NCBI GenBank assembly: GCA_002269645.1
Contig: NIVC01004165.1
Span: forward strand, 1-57,170
DNA from: Macrostomum lignano
Taxonomy: Eukaryota
DNA: 57,170 nt
Direction: 5' to 3'
The notes beneath the pieces are model-generated. The model was not told where the DNA came from. It saw nothing but the letters and a program-made list of their open reading frames with translations, and ran no database searches. Position 1 is the stretch's first letter. Each line of letters opens with the position of its first letter. Below, piece after piece: positions 1 through 17,684 of the stretch. A program made the position numbers and the translations under genes.

Positions 1-178
1 TATTTTCATGTTTCTATTGCAAACGTATTTTCTCTATATTTCTACCGTTGGTGGTATCAAAAAAAACTTTTAGAAGATGGAGAATAAAATCGAGGTATAT
101 ATACGAGTTAGTATAGATATTTGCATTTGTAAATTTTACCCTGCCACATCTCACACTGCGAGTGGAACATTTTTTTAG

Positions 179-709
179 CTGGTACGCAAGCCAATCCATA
201 GGTGAGTCCATGCTCAGCGGTTTGGACCAGCTGTTGAGAAAAACCGAACTCAGAGAAAACTGGTCCCGAGCACACCAGAAGCCAATACGGACTCTCCCTT
301 GTTTCAAAGTCAGAGTTGCAGGTCATTGATGGCCTCATCAACTATCAACATAAAACCAACTCGGTCGCCCTGACCCGCAGGGAACCACTCCGCCCACACG
401 GAGGCCCAGTTTCGCGCCTACCTGTCCGAGTCGCTGATCAACGTTCGCATCGTGGCCCGAAGCACCACCTCGCCGCAGGTGGTGATCTCGCCAGCGTACT
501 CGGTCACGGCCTTCCTGGCAGACACTGGCGGCCTGCTGGGACTGTACGTCGGCTGCAGCCTGCTCACCCTGTGTGAGTTCTTTGAGCTGTTCTACCGACT
601 GTTGTCGGGGGCGCTGCTGAAGCATCGGGGCGGCGCCCGCCCGGCAGAGCCTGAGGCGCCGCAGGGAGACAGCCAGCCGGACGCCAAGAATGACACCACT
701 GAAGCCTGA
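179..709 (+). CDS. DEG/ENaC (ASIC-like) sodium channel, last exons (partial; 5' part outside window)
   Basis: Exon 381-709 (after ccgcag) reads ...RAYLSESLINVRIVARSTTSPQVVISPAYSVTAFLADTGGLLGLYVGCSLLTLCEFFELFY...*. This matches the DEG/ENaC pre-TM2/TM2 signature (GG.LGL..G.S.LT..E) with a G-C-S selectivity filter. A phase-compatible 23-nt exon at 179-201 (ag|...|gtgagt) is likely. Confidence 0.9.
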
Positions 710-889
710 CGGCTCTGACAATTTACTCGTTTTTTAGAGTCGGGATAGAGTTCGAGATAGGCTTGGAGCCACTGAACTTTCAAGCAGACCAGGCCTTTGT
801 TCAGAAGACGGTGAACGCGTCTGACTCTCACGCCACGACCCCTGGTTGCTTGGACATGAAAATTGGGCCAATCCCCCAAGGGGGCGCTT

Positions 890-2773
890 TCATTAGGCCG
901 AAATTTCACTTCGCCGAAAAGCAGCCTCTTTCACTAGGCCGAAACTTCATTAGGCCGAAACTTCACTTTGCCGAAATGACTAGCATGCTCTTTCATATGG
1001 CCGAAACTTCACTAGGCCGAAACTTCACTTTGCCGAAAAATCATTTTAGCAGCCTCTTTCACTGGGCCGAGACTTCACTTTGCCGAAATGACTAGCACGC
1101 TCTTTCATAAGGCCGAAACTTCACTTTGCCGAAATGACTAGCATGCTCTTTCATATGGCCGAAACTTCACTAGGCCGAAACTTCACTTTGCCGAAAAATC
1201 ATTTTAGCAGCCTCTTTCACTAGGCCGAGGCTTCACTTTGCCGAAATGACTAGCACGCTCTTTCATAAGGCCGAAACTTCACTTTGCCGAAATGACAAGC
1301 ATGCTCTTTCATATGGCCGAAACTTCATTAGGCCGAGGGGTCATCTTGGCAGCCTCTTTCACTAGGCCGAGGCTTCACTTTGCCGAAAAATCATTTTAGC
1401 AGCCTCTTTCACTAGACCGAAACTTCACTTTGCCGAAATGACTAGCATGCTCTTTCATAAGGCCGAAACTTCATTAGGCCGAAAAATCATCTTAGAAGCC
1501 TCTTTCACTAGGCCGAAACTTCACTTTGCCGAACAATCATTTTAGCAGCCTCTTTCACTAGACCGAAACTTCACTTTGCCGAAATGACTAGCATGCTCTT
1601 TCATAAGGCCGAAACTTCATTAGGCCGAAAAATCATCTTAGAAGCCTCTTTCACTAGGCCGAAACTTCACTTTGCCGAACAATCATTTTAGCAGCCTCTT
1701 TCACTAGGCCGAAACTTCACTTTGCCGAAAAATCATTTTAGCAGCCTTAGCAGTCTTAAAGTGCACATACCCTTTCGACCATTAGTAAGAAGGATGCTGC
1801 TAAAATGATTTTTCGGCCTAGTGAAGTTTCGGCCTAGTGAAAGAGGCTGCTAAAATGATTTTTCGGCATTGTGAAGTATCGGCCTAGTGAAGTTTCGGCC
1901 TTATGAAAGAGCATGCTAGTCATTTCGGCAAAGTGAAGTTTCGGCCTAGTGAAAGAGGCTGCTAAAATGATTTTTCGGCATTGTGAAGTATCGGCCTAGT
2001 GAAGTTTCGGCCTTATGAAAGAGCATGCTAGTCATTTCGGCAAAGTGAAGTTTCGGCCTAGTGAAAGAGGCTGCTAAAATGATTTTTCGGCATTGTGAAG
2101 TTTCGGCCTGGTGAAGTTTCGTCCTTATGAAAGAGCATGCTAGTCATTTTGGCAAAGTGAAGTTTCGGCCTAGTGAAAGAGGCTGCTAAAATGATTTTTC
2201 GGCATTGTGAAGTTTCGGCCTAGTGAAAGAGGCTGCTAAAATGATTTTTCGGCAAAGTGAAGTTTCGGCCTAGTGAATTTTTGGCCTTATGAAAGAGCAT
2301 GCTAGTCATTTTGGCAAAGTGAAGTTTCGGCCTAGTGAAAGAGGCTGCTAAAATGATTTTTCGGCATTGTGAAGTTTCGGCCTAGTGAAAGAGGCTGCTA
2401 AAATGATTTTTCGGCAAAGTGAAGTTTCGGCCTAGTGAATTTTTGGCCTTATGAAAGAGCATGCTAGTCATTTTGGCAAAGTGAAGTTTCGGCCTAATGA
2501 AGTTTCGGCCTAATGAAGTTTCGGCCTAGTGAAAGAGGCTGCTAAAATGATTTTTCGGCAAAGTGAAGTTTCGGCCTAGTGAAGTTTCGGCCATATAAAA
2601 GAGCATGCTAGTCATTTCGGCAAAGTGAAGTTTCGGCCTAGTGAATTTTCGGCCTAGTGAAAGAGCCTGCTAAAATGATTTTTCGGCAAAGTGAAGTTTC
2701 GGCCTAATGAAGTTTCGGCCTTGTGAAGGAAGATGCTTTCGGCAAAGTGAAATTTCGGCCTAGTGAAACCCCC
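890..2773. mobile_element. Foldback-type non-autonomous DNA element: ~1.9-kb imperfect palindrome of modular repeats
   Basis: 890-1745 is built from GCCGAAACTTCAC / GCAGCCTCTTTCACTAG / AATGACTAGCATGCTC modules, and ~1795-2773 carries the same modules inverted around a ~50-nt unique centre. CCCCCAA flanks both ends (883-889, 2774-2780) as a possible TSD. No transposase. Confidence 0.75.
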
Positions 2774-5173
2774 CCCCCAAGGCACCGAGAGTGCGCGCAC
2801 GCCTGAGATTAAAATATGCCGGCAGCCCTCCCGCGAAAATTTGTTGATTTCTTTTTCATTGTGCGCAAACGAATCCCAAGAGGCCTTGCAACATCCGAGG
2901 CCTTTTGAGCCCGAGTTTTTAAGCAGACTTGTGTCTGAAATTTATTGCGTAGCGAATGATTAGTTGCTATGCCGCTAGTTATTATTGTTATTTATAATTA
3001 TAATTTTTTACTCTGTTGTGTCAGCTTGAACTGAGCCCTGGTTTTTGTCGGATTATCATGCCACTGTGAAATTATTCAGAGCGGGGCCCCTCGCCTCGTT
3101 AGAATGGGAAATGACGGTGTGCCTGCTCTTTAGGGTTGTTGGCATGGCCTCCGCAGTCCCCTTCAGAGGCCCGGAGAACAGCAAAGGCACTTTAGCAGCC
3201 GGAGGGGTCCTTACAGAGCCTTGCCCTCAGGCGGGTGTGATCTGTGACCACGGGCCTGTGGCGTCGACCAACTTCTATTCAGCCCCGCAGTCCATATCCA
3301 ATCCACGAAGCCCCTGAAACCTACTCCAATCTACGGGATGGAAAGGGAGGATGCAAGATTTTTATTATTGAGTATTAACTAATTATTATTGCTTAGTAAA
3401 GTACTCGGAAGGCGCCTGGCATGGAACAGGGTCAAGGGTCCCTTAGTTTTAGAATGGCTTGAAAATTCTACCGCGCTTCACCAGCTATGCGTTAGTTGCT
3501 CGAAGAGCTGATCCGACGAGACTCTTGTTTACACGACTGTTGACGACATGTATTTGTACACAGATACACATGTACAGTGTGCTTACAAGAAATGTACACC
3601 CTTGTATACAGGCGATCCGGGGGATGGTCACATCGTGCCTGTAGCGGTAAAATTAATGTCTAGAGTAGCGCTAAAATGATCAGTGTCTGTAGCTGCACGG
3701 CTTGCACCATAAAATTACATGTTCAATTTAATCCTGCTTCAGCATCACCGAGCTAGCAGACCATATCATCCGCACCCAGTATAGTTACATGCCATTACAT
3801 GCATTGCTCACACAGCCAGTGTCTGCATGGAGGACAGCTGCGCGATCGATGCACTGGAAAACTAAAAACAAATAGTTGTAAATTTTGCCTATCGCCTGCT
3901 GGCTGACGCTGTCATCCAGACCTAAGTGCATGTACACACCCAGGCCGTGCTTCGTGAACTTTTCGAGCTACATGTTACATGTATGCTAGCTGTATGCACA
4001 ATGTGCTGTGATATATACAACTTGTCAAGCCAAATAAATTGTCAGTAACAAAAATCAGTCTTGCTTTTTATTTTTTCTAATACAGACAAAAAATTGGACC
4101 TGGACATACTGTTTTTAAAAGGAATCGTTAACATTAGATATACTTTCTTAGAAAGAGTTAGTGCAGCATTTTAACTTGTCACTGATTGTTATTTTTGTGC
4201 AATATGGGGGCCGCTCATTGAAAGTCGTAAACTCAAGCCTGAAGCCTCAAGGAGGAAGGAGCACCACGGCAATTATCTGCGGACGATTTAGAATAGGATT
4301 TTGTTAGTGTTATGGAATTAGGGTGTAGGATAGGACATAAGTTAGGTATAAATTAGACCATAAGGGTAGGCCTATCTTCGGCAGTTCATATGTTGCAGTC
4401 ATTGTTGGATTTGTTGGCATTGCCAGTTAATTAGATAGATTAGCATTTGTTTGGCTGGCAGTCAATTTCTCAGCAGTTAATGTTTGTCACTCAAATTGCA
4501 GCAGTTAATTTGTTTTAGACCTTTAATAATGGCCTAAGCTTAATTTTTTAAAATATGATTTAGTCATTAATAAGGGTCACTAGGATATTTAGGTCAAGGA
4601 GATAGATTTCATAATTAAATTACAAAATTAGATTATTCAAATGAAAAACACTTCCCTTAACTGCAGATACTATTACCTGCTGAAGCAGTTAGCACAGAGT
4701 CAATTGTTTTTATATTATGAATAATTGGTTTCGAATCTATTAGTATTATGTCATAGACAACATAGTCATAGAGTTTATATAGACTCAATAGCTACAAGTT
4801 GCAAATTAATAGTAGAGTAAAAGTCATATACCAATTTATCTAATAGAAATCTTAAGTCTGACATCTATTTATTATAAAACAGCTCAGTTCTTAATTGCTA
4901 ATATATATAACACTGTAACACACTATTATATCTATTATATATTTTTTAAAGATTCCTTTTTATAATCAATGTTAAATTTCTAAATAGGCCATAAATCGAA
5001 AATAATATTTGATAATCATTTAGTTTGTTGTATTATACTAAAGTAGGCCTAATAAGAATTTTATAAACTTTTATCTAAAATATGTTTCTATCATATTTAA
5101 TAAATATTTGTATGTTATTTACTAGCATATAACTATTTATTTTTTGTTTAATACTATTTATGTTGTGCCAAAT

Positions 5174-5529
5174 ATATAAAGGGCCTATCAACTTAAGCTT
5201 ATAAAGTGAAACCCAAGTAACCTATATACACAAATGATATGTCATTATGCTTACAATGATACTAGGAAGTTAGATTTGACAAAAAAGTTACAAAAATGGA
5301 TTTGGGATAGAAGAGAACAAGCAAGGGGATAATTAAGGACTTTTATTTAAGATGGAATCCCTAATTGTCCTTGTCCCCTTGCTTGTTCTCTTCTATCCCA
5401 GGTGTAAGTTTTGTAATTTTTTGCCAAATCCAGCTTCCTAGTGTCACTATGAGCAGAATGACATATCATTTGTGCGCATAGGTTACTTGGGCTCCACTTT
5501 ATGAGCTTAAATTGATAGGCCATTTATAT
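5174..5529. mobile_element. Palindromic MITE-like element, decayed
   Basis: GGCCTATCAA..AAGTAACCTAT..AAATGATATGTCATT..CTAGGAAG..GGGATAGAAGAGAACAAGCAAGGGGA recurs inverted across a ~50-nt centre. Confidence 0.7.
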
Positions 5530-5716
5530 GCTAACTTGTGAGCCTTTGTTCAAGTCTACTAGAACTTCTAAAATAATTTATTTCTTGACTGGCTAATTTA
5601 GTGTTGTTGAAAAGAGAAATCATGAAGCCAATGCTTCTATTAAATTGATTTTGTCTTATTTGTTATTAATGATTTTTATCCCATGCAGTGCTGCATTCGC
5701 CATCAAGCCAGGCCCC

Positions 5717-11366
<5,650 letters not shown>

Positions 11367-11371
<5 letters not shown>

Positions 11372-12010
11372 CAGTGGGATTTGTACAGTCTGACAGTGGG
11401 ATTTGCACAGTCTGACAGTGGGATTTGTACAGTCTGACAGTGGGATTTGCACAGTCTGACAGTGGGATTTGTACAGTCTGACAGTGGGATTTGTACAGTC
11501 TGACAGTGGGATTTGTACAGTCTGACAGTGGGATTTGCACAGTCTAACAGTGGGATTTGTACAGTTTGACAGTGGGATTTGCACAGTCTGACAGTGGGAT
11601 TTGTACAGTCTGACAGTGGGATTTGTACAGTCTGACAGTGGGATTTTTACAGTCTGACAGTGGGATTTGCACAGTCTAACAGTGGGATTTGTACAGTTTG
11701 ACAGTGGGATTTGCACAGTCTGACAGTGGGATCTGTACAGTCTACGAGCTAACAGTGGGATCTGTACAGTTTGACAGTGGGATTTGCACAGTCTGACAGT
11801 GGGATCTGTACAGTCTGACAGTGGGATTTGTACAGTCTGACAGTGGGATTTGTGCAGTCTGACAGTGGGATTTGTGCAGTCTGACAGTGGGATTTGTGCA
11901 GTCTGACAGTGGGATCTGTACAGTCTGACAGTGGGATTTGTACATTTTTGACAGTGGGATTTGTGCAGTCTGACAGTGGGATTTGTACAGTCTGACAGTG
12001 GAATCTGTGC
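11367..12010. repeat. 22-nt minisatellite (CTGACAGTGGGATTTGTACAGT) starting at the SLC15 stop codon
   Basis: Direct tandem units. Confidence 0.95.
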
Positions 12011-12454
12011 AGCATATAAAATGTAAGGAAGGTAGGTGTTGTGAATTTTTGTCCACAATATGAATTTTTTAGCACCGATTTAGACATAATTCATGTTTCG
12101 CGGACTCGGATATTTTATCGGCCTTGTCCAGCAGCAAGCTCGAGTCCCATTATCTGTTTATCACAGCGAATATTTTACTCCGTGTTACAGAGGTCGTCAC
12201 GGAGACGGCTCTGTTTACAATTTTGCGCCTGTTCGCTGCTGCGGCTGCGGGTCGCAGCGAATGCCTACCTTTTTATCGACTTCAATTTTTGTCTAAAGAT
12301 TCTGTCTTTCCTACTCTCAGTAGAAATACAAGCATGTTTTGATATCTTCTCGCGTTAATTGATAGAGCGTTGATTTTTTAATTCAAATAGGAAAAAATGA
12401 CAGGTTCTAATCTTCAAGCGTGTTCCACTTCTTTTCTGCCCACGTGATTCAGCA

Positions 12455-13695
12455 CAGCTGAATAAGAGCTGACAGCTGACTGAATAGGAGCTGACAGCTG
12501 ACTGAATAGAAGCTGACAGCTGACTGAATAGGAGCTGACACAGCTGACTGAATAGGAGCTGACAGCTGACTGAATAGGAGCTGACGGTTGACTGAATAGG
12601 AGCTGACACAGCTGACTGAATAAGAGCTGACACAGCTGACTGAATAGGAGCTGACACAGCTGACTGAATAGGAGCTGAAAAAGCTGACTGAATAAGAGCT
12701 GACACAGCTGACTGAATAGGAGCTGACACAGCTGACTGAATAGGAGCTGACACAGCTGACTGAATAGGAGCTGAAACAGCTGACTGAATAAGAGCTGACA
12801 CAGCTGACTGAATAGGAGCTGACACAGCTGACTGAATAAGAGCTGACAGCTGACTGAATAGGAGCTGACACAGCTGACTGAATAGGAGCTGACACAGCTG
12901 ACTGAATAGGAGCTGACACAGCTGACTGAATAGGAGCTGAAACAGCTGACTGAATAAGAGCTGACACAGCTGACTGAATAGGAGCTGACAGCTGACTGAA
13001 TAGGAGCTGACACAGCTGACTGAATAGGAGCTGACACAGCTGACTGAATAGGAGCTGACACAGCTGACTGAATAGGAGCTGACACAGCTGACTGAATAGG
13101 AGCTGACACAGCTGACTGAATAGGAGCTGACACAGCTGACTGAATAGGAGCTGAAACAGCTGACTGAATAAGAGCTGACACAGCTGACTGAATAGGAGCT
13201 GACACAGCTGACTGAATAGGAGCTGACACAGCTGACTGAATAGGAGCTGAAACAGCTGACTGAATAAGAGCTGACACAGCTGACTGAATAGGAGCTGACA
13301 CAGCTGACTGAATAAGAGCTGACAGCTGACTGAATAGGAGCTGACACAGCTGACTGAATAGGAGCTGACACAGCTGACTGAATAGGAGCTGAAACAGCTG
13401 ACTGAATAGGAGCTGACACAGCTGACTGAATAGGAGCTGACACAGCTGACTGAATAAGAGCTGACACAGCTGACTGAATAGGAGCTGACACAGCTGACTG
13501 AATAGGAGCTGACACAGCTGACTGAATAGGAGCTGACACAGCTGACTGAATAGGAGCTGAAACAGCTGACTGAATAAGAGCTGACACAGCTGACTGAATA
13601 GGAGCTGAAACAGCTGACTGAATAAGAGCTGACACAGCTGACTGAATAGTAGCTGACACAGCTGACTGAATAGGAACTGACACAGCTGACTGAAT
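12455..13695. repeat. 24-nt minisatellite (CAGCTGACTGAATAGGAGCTGACA)
   Basis: Direct tandem units; source of the 444-528 aa repeat ORFs. Confidence 0.97.
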
Positions 13696-14493
13696 TCTTT
13701 GAAGTTGCTGACACAGCAAGCTGAATAGGGTTTGACAAAGCAGGCCAAGAAGCCGCACCTTGAGCAGCAGCCGATGCTCTCACTATTCAAAATGAACTGA
13801 ATAAATAAAAGTCCACGCCGATCCTGACAAGCGTCTTTGCCGCCCTCAGCAGGCAACATGCAGGTTAAAGAGGAGCCACCTGTGTCATCAGACCCAATCC
13901 AGCTCCTGTAGCAGCCTACATGCTTGGCACTTGAGCTGCTGACTGTTGCCTGGGCGGGCAAATAAGGCTCGGCAGGCTGTGGATCGACCTGAGCAAACAC
14001 TTGCCGCCTTTATTGTGCTGCTGCGACTTTTCCTCGATGGCCCGCCGCAATTGTTCCCTACGATCCCATCAGCAAGCCTCTGTGGGAAAACTCAACTCCC
14101 CTCGCCTTCTCATCAAACTGATAAGACGCTCCGGAGCTGTGAGTTGAGACGGATTCTTGCTTTCATTTCTTATTTTAGGCAAACTTGCCCTGAGTACCTG
14201 TGGGCGTGACCCGGTACTGGAGTCCGCAGCGCACCTGCTGAGCTGATGGATAAGCGGCCGAGTCTGAGCACGACGGATGAGCGGCTTAGCAGCTTCTGCT
14301 GCTGCGCTCCCTGGGGAGCGGCTAAGGGGAAATTAAGGGGTGGGGGAAGTAGTGTGGATAAGTCTTGGAGATTCGAGTTAAAGGAGATTAGTGGGCGATT
14401 CTGAGGCCTGAAAGCTGATGGAGAATGGGAGAGCTGGCCTGAGTGAAGGCGGCACGAACTTTGTCTGTGTGTCTGCCTGTCTGTCTGTCTGTG

Positions 14494-14572
<79 letters not shown>

Positions 14573-14959
14573 GTGTCTGCCTGTCTGTCTTGTCAGATAT
14601 GTCCAGTTCGTGAGAGCAGCTTTAGATTTCAAAAAAGTTTTCAGTTTTCTGCTCTCCTGACCGAATCCGAGCGAGAAGGTGAGCGCGGATAATCCAGGTC
14701 GTTCTGCCCATCACTGCAGAGGTCCGGGTCATGTGGCCTCATTAATTGGCTGGCTAGATGCCCCTCATTAAAACAAAGATTTTTGTCTGGCTTTTAGACA
14801 AGAGTTGGCGAAATCAAAGAGCGGCTGCTGAGTGACGGCCCGGCCTGATCGATGGATGCCTCGCAGTCCTGTTTATTGTCGCGAGTTAACGAGCCTCTGA
14901 GCTCGAACTGAATGACAGTCAGTTTCGAATTGGAAAATTGATAACTGCGTCTAGCAGGT

Positions 14960-15365
14960 CTCCAGCCTGGTGTGTAACAGGTATGCAGTCTGGTGTGTAA
15001 CAGGTATGCAGTCTGGTGTGTAACAGGTATGCAGTCTGGTGTGTAACAGGGATGTAGTCTGGTGTGTAACAGGTATGCAGTCTGGTGTGTAACAGGTATG
15101 TAGTCTGGTGTGTAACAGGTATGCAGTCTGGTGTGTAACAGGGATGTAGTCTGGTGTGTAACAGGTATGTAGTCTGGTGTGTAACAGGTATGTAGTCTGG
15201 TGTGTAACAGGTATGTAGTCTGGTGTGTAACAGGTATGTAGTCTGGTGTGTAACAGGTATGTAGTCTGGTGTGTAATAGGTCTGTAGTCTGGTGTGTAAC
15301 AGGAATGCAGTCTGGTGTGTACCAGGTATGCAGTCTGGTGTGTAACAGGTATGTAGTCTGGTCTC
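14960..15365. repeat. 23-nt minisatellite (TCTGGTGTGTAACAGGTATGCAG)
   Basis: Direct tandem units. Confidence 0.95.
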
Positions 15366-16185
15366 TAGCACAGGGACTACTTAAACTTAAACTTAAACTC
15401 AAACAATTTTAAGTAGTCCCTGCTCTAGCAGGTATGCAGTCTGATCCGTGTAGCAGGTGTGCAGTTTGTGCAGCGCACTATCAACCAGACTTATAAGATG
15501 TTCTGGCAGAAGTGCTCCCAAATCCTGCTACTCTGCACCTGACTGCGTTGCCACTTCGCTCCGGCAGCTCCCACGGACTCTGGCAGCTGCACAGATGATG
15601 CAGGAACTGTGAGAGCCTCTCAAACAGTTCCTTCCTCAACCAGCCCTTGAGCGCTTGGTCTCATTAAGTGCTGCTGCTCCAGGACTCCTACAGCTGTCAC
15701 CGGGCAGGCATCCCAAAGTCCCAATTTTCAGCAGCTGTGGGAGAATCGATGGCGCAAGGAAATGGGGATAAGAGGAGGGCGGGAGTGAATAGGCGAAACT
15801 GAGACGATTAGCTGGGAGGCTGGGAAGCTGCTGAGAGCAGCGGCACGGCGCCCGCGCTGCCAAGTCAGGAAAAGCGGCAGCTGCCGGGGTGTCGCATCGA
15901 TTCATCTTCGCTCTCACTGCCCCATCCTGCATTCTGCCCAGCTTCCCAGCATCCCTCAGTCGGCCTCATCTCTCTCGGCCGGGCCGTCACCTGCTCTCAG
16001 CCTGCCGCTGCCTTGCATCGTCCCGAGGCTCGGCGCATCCAGTGGCTCCCCTGCTCGAGTGGCGGCCCCGACCTTTGCCGCCGGTCACCCCCAACCCTCT
16101 AATTGCCGCCCTCCGATTGCGCAATCAGTTCAGCTGATCCTGCAGGCTGAGCTCTTCTCCCCTCTGCAGGAGGGGGCGGTCCCGG

Positions 16186-17462
16186 TGTTATGGTTTAGGA
16201 TCTCCGGGGGTCCGGTCAGTTTAGGGTGTCCGGGGCGGAGACCCTAAACGGTTTAGGATCTCCGCCCGGAGACCCTAAACCGTTTAGGATCTCCCCTGGA
16301 GACTTCTAACGGTTATGGGTCTCCGGGGTAGGAGATCTGAAACCGTTTAAGGGTCTCCGGGGCATTTTCAGGTCTCCGCACCCGGAGATCTTAAACCAGT
16401 TTCAGATCTCCCCATAGGAGACTCTAAACCAGTTTCAGCTCTCCGTCAGGGCCGCAAAAACAAAGTCCTGGTTTAGGATCTCCGGTTTCCGATCTCCCCC
16501 CATTTGTGTAAAACCAATGGTCATGGTATTGAACGCGTACATGTATAAGAAGTGGAAAGGCATTTTTATCATCAACGTAGCATTAGTTTTATATGTATAT
16601 GCTCGCACAACTGTGTATTTAAATGGAAAACTGTTTACTGTTAAAGTAATGAAGTAAATGTCCGCTTAGTGAAAAACCGGTGATGCACTTTCAGCCGGTG
16701 CTTGGAGGAAGCATCTCTTGAGGTGTTTCCCATTGACACACATGGTTAGTCCTCCTAGCCTGTACACGTTTTGACCAAGACACCTGGTCACGATGTAGAC
16801 TTGCTGACTCCAAGTGTATCGCATCTTACCACCCTTCCGATCGTCCCTGCGAAGATTGCGAAGCCTAACTCTGTCCCCTCCGCAGTCGTATCGTGCAGTA
16901 AAAAGGCTCACTGTGCTGTTGACACCCACGTGACTTCCTTGCGAGTGAAGGCTGCGGATCTTATCCCGTACCTCTTCCTCTGTGAAAAGTACTCTGCGAT
17001 GGTCTTCAGGCCGCATTCGCTGACTGTCGTCCTTATTAGCCACCCTGTAGTAAAGCGCTCCGTCATGGATGGAGAAACGCTTGCTCTTTTCTCTAATGCG
17101 TCTTTTTAAGTTGGCCTTATCTTTGGCGTCCAATCTGGCTGGTACCTGGGTGTATTCATTGCTTAGGACGTAGAAAAATATTTGATTGAGCGAAGCCATC
17201 AAGCTTTGAAATGCAGAAATCGACGAAAATCACACAGCACAAACCTTTCTTATCATCTGCCCAATGTAAATGTTTACAGCGCTTCCCGCCACCCATAAAA
17301 TATGAGTACAAAGCTGGTCTCCAAAATGTGCAAAGCCTATTGAAAGTTACGCAAGACTGCTCACACTTTGGGGTGCCAATCTCGATGTACATAGAAGTAG
17401 CTATAATTTTCATATAGAAAAACCGCGGAGACCCTAAAACGCGGAGATCCTAAACTCTAACA
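16186..17462 (-). mobile_element. Ginger1-type DNA transposon, internally deleted (non-autonomous)
   Basis: Ends TGTTATGGTTTAGGATCTCCG ... CGGAGATCCTAAACTCTAACA, with a perfect CCGG 4-bp TSD (16182-16185, 17463-17466) and subterminal GGAGACCCTAAAC repeats. TGT ends and CCGG-type TSDs are characteristic of Ginger1. Confidence 0.85.
16666..17202 (-). pseudogene. Gypsy-like integrase/Ginger transposase remnant lacking the DDE core
   Basis: GIN-type N-terminus (KRFSIHDGALYY..RRVL..EE..IRSLHSQGSHVGVNST...RY) fused in frame to a GPY/F-like C-terminus (GDRVRLRN.RRDDRKGGKM.YTW...VY.L...VNGKHLKR). Confidence 0.8.
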
Positions 17463-17684
17463 CCGGTCCCAACTCGAACTCTTATTGAGAGACATCGATT
17501 TTTTTAAATCAACGGAATTCAAAATTGTAAACATAACTTTTTAACTGCGACATCCAAGAGGGCGCATCGGGGCTGCTTTATTGAATTTTCAGATCTGCGT
17601 TCGCCATCGCGACAAGGGAAATGTCCAGCAAATGTGCTTTCAGCTGCTTCACTCTTCTCCTGGGTGGCTCCGCTCAGCGGCTTA

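Noticed and set aside
12355-14000. 444-528 aa Ser/Cys/Gln-rich ORFs
   Set aside because: Translations of a 24-nt minisatellite.
15790-16170. Selenoprotein-P-like frame with several in-frame TGA codons
   Set aside because: No SelP similarity, no Cys/Sec context and no SECIS found; TGA is common in GC-rich non-coding frames.
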